A DNA stretch of 64,000 bases, from the NCBI GenBank assembly GCA_043511425.1, contig CP121331.1, positions 806,470 through 870,469 of the forward strand, given 5' to 3'. Position numbers and translations under genes: made by a program. This document shows, piece after piece, positions 63,167 to 64,000 of this stretch. Under the pieces are notes generated by a model, which saw only the letters and a list, made by a program, of their open reading frames with translations, was not told where the DNA came from and made no database searches. Numbering within the stretch: the stretch's first letter is position 1; each line of letters opens with the position of its first letter. Source of the DNA: Sphingobacteriales bacterium (GTDB taxonomy: Bacteria > Bacteroidota > Bacteroidia > NS11-12g > UBA9320).

Positions 63167-63760
63167 ATGAGCGAAAAAATACAACTGAAAATTATAGGCC
63201 TGACTGCAGGTCACTCTCAACGAAATAGTTATACGCTAATACTCGGTGAAGATGAAGGTGAATTGAAACTACCCATCGTAATCGGAAGTTACGAGGCACA
63301 ATCAATTGCTCTAATCATTGAGGGACTTAAGCCTCAGCGTCCACTCACTCATGACCTCATGTTTGATACTTTTGAAAAATATGGTATTGAGCTCAAAGAA
63401 GTTGTCATTGATAAACTTGAAGAAGGCGTGTTTTATGCTAAACTCATCACTGATCAGCACGGAGATAGATACAGTATAGACTCACGTACTAGCGATGCTA
63501 TAGCACTTGCTTTGAGAGCTAAATGTCCTATCTATACCTTTAAGACTATCTTAGATGATGCAGGTATACTCTATGATAAAGATGAAATAGAACTGGATGA
63601 GCCAGAGCATATCGCTGAAGAAAAACTAAAACCTTCTAAGTCATCCACCTTAAAATCGCTCAGCTTAAACGAATTAAATATTGAGTTGGAGAAAGCAATT
63701 CAAGTAGAAGATTACGATAAAGCTGCACTCATACGAGATGAGATACAGAAGAGGGGATAA
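63167..63760 (+). CDS. Bifunctional nuclease (DUF151) with C-terminal UVR domain
   Basis: LPIVIGSYEAQSI, RPLTHDL, IDSRTSDAIALALR, AIQVEDYDKAALIRDEI. Confidence 0.93.
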   Translation: MSEKIQLKIIGLTAGHSQRNSYTLILGEDEGELKLPIVIGSYEAQSIALIIEGLKPQRPLTHDLMFDTFEKYGIELKEVVIDKLEEGVFYAKLITDQHGDRYSIDSRTSDAIALALRAKCPIYTFKTILDDAGILYDKDEIELDEPEHIAEEKLKPSKSSTLKSLSLNELNIELEKAIQVEDYDKAALIRDEIQKRG

Positions 63761-63776
63761 TATTTCTTGAATAGTT

Positions 63777-63810
63777 ATAAAAAAAGCGGCCTTATAGCCG
63801 CTTTTTTTAT
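63777..63810. terminator. Bidirectional intrinsic terminator
   Basis: ATAAAAAAAGCGGC-CTTATA-GCCGCTTTTTTTAT between convergent genes. Confidence 0.92.
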
Positions 63811-63828
63811 ACTCAAAATATTTCCTAA

Positions 63829-64000
63829 CTATTCATTTTTAATCACTTTGAAATTAGCTTGTCTTCCATCTCTTTCTATCGTTAGCATATAAACGCCACT
63901 AGCCAAATCTTGGATATTGATGTATGCAGAGGACTGTGCCTCATCACTCAAGAGCTCTTTTCCTGTGATTGTAGATAAGCGATAGCTATAACTTATGTCA
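63829..64000 (-). CDS. 3' end of a T9SS type-A cargo protein (not in the ORF track; continues beyond the window)
   Basis: Manual translation: ..YRLSTITGKELL..INIQDLASGVYMLTIERDGRQANFKVIKNE*, a type-A CTD pattern. Confidence 0.82.
   Translation of the reverse strand, partial: DISYSYRLSTITGKELLSDEAQSSAYINIQDLASGVYMLTIERDGRQANFKVIKNE

Overview
A 64-kb window of gene-dense, AT-rich core chromosome from a Bacteroidota bacterium. The phylum call rests on TAnnTTTG promoters, type IX secretion (T9SS) cargo and PorE-like proteins. About 53 genes, mostly housekeeping or envelope: RecQ-family helicase, glycosyltransferases, yidC, ald, purN, prfC, an HtrA protease, ruvB, queG, slyD, pepD, ribD, prmC, gyrA, trkAH, etfBA, and four T9SS cargo proteins. 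I saw no rRNA, tRNA, CRISPR array, transposase, integrase, prophage or defence system, and I cannot support a new multi-gene system here. Best second-look items: (1) a multi-stem, strand-specific structured-RNA candidate right after yidC; (2) an in-frame chimera of two unrelated truncated genes (GNAT-like plus YdjM-like); (3) a ~1385-aa T9SS type-B adhesin split by two single-base deletions; (4) many promoters 4-8 nt from the start codon (probably leaderless mRNAs), including one gene that seems to start at ATT; (5) a PorE-like protein with SPOR in place of OmpA; (6) inverted heptamer arrays between pepD and yedI. All product calls come from motif recognition by eye; no searches were run.
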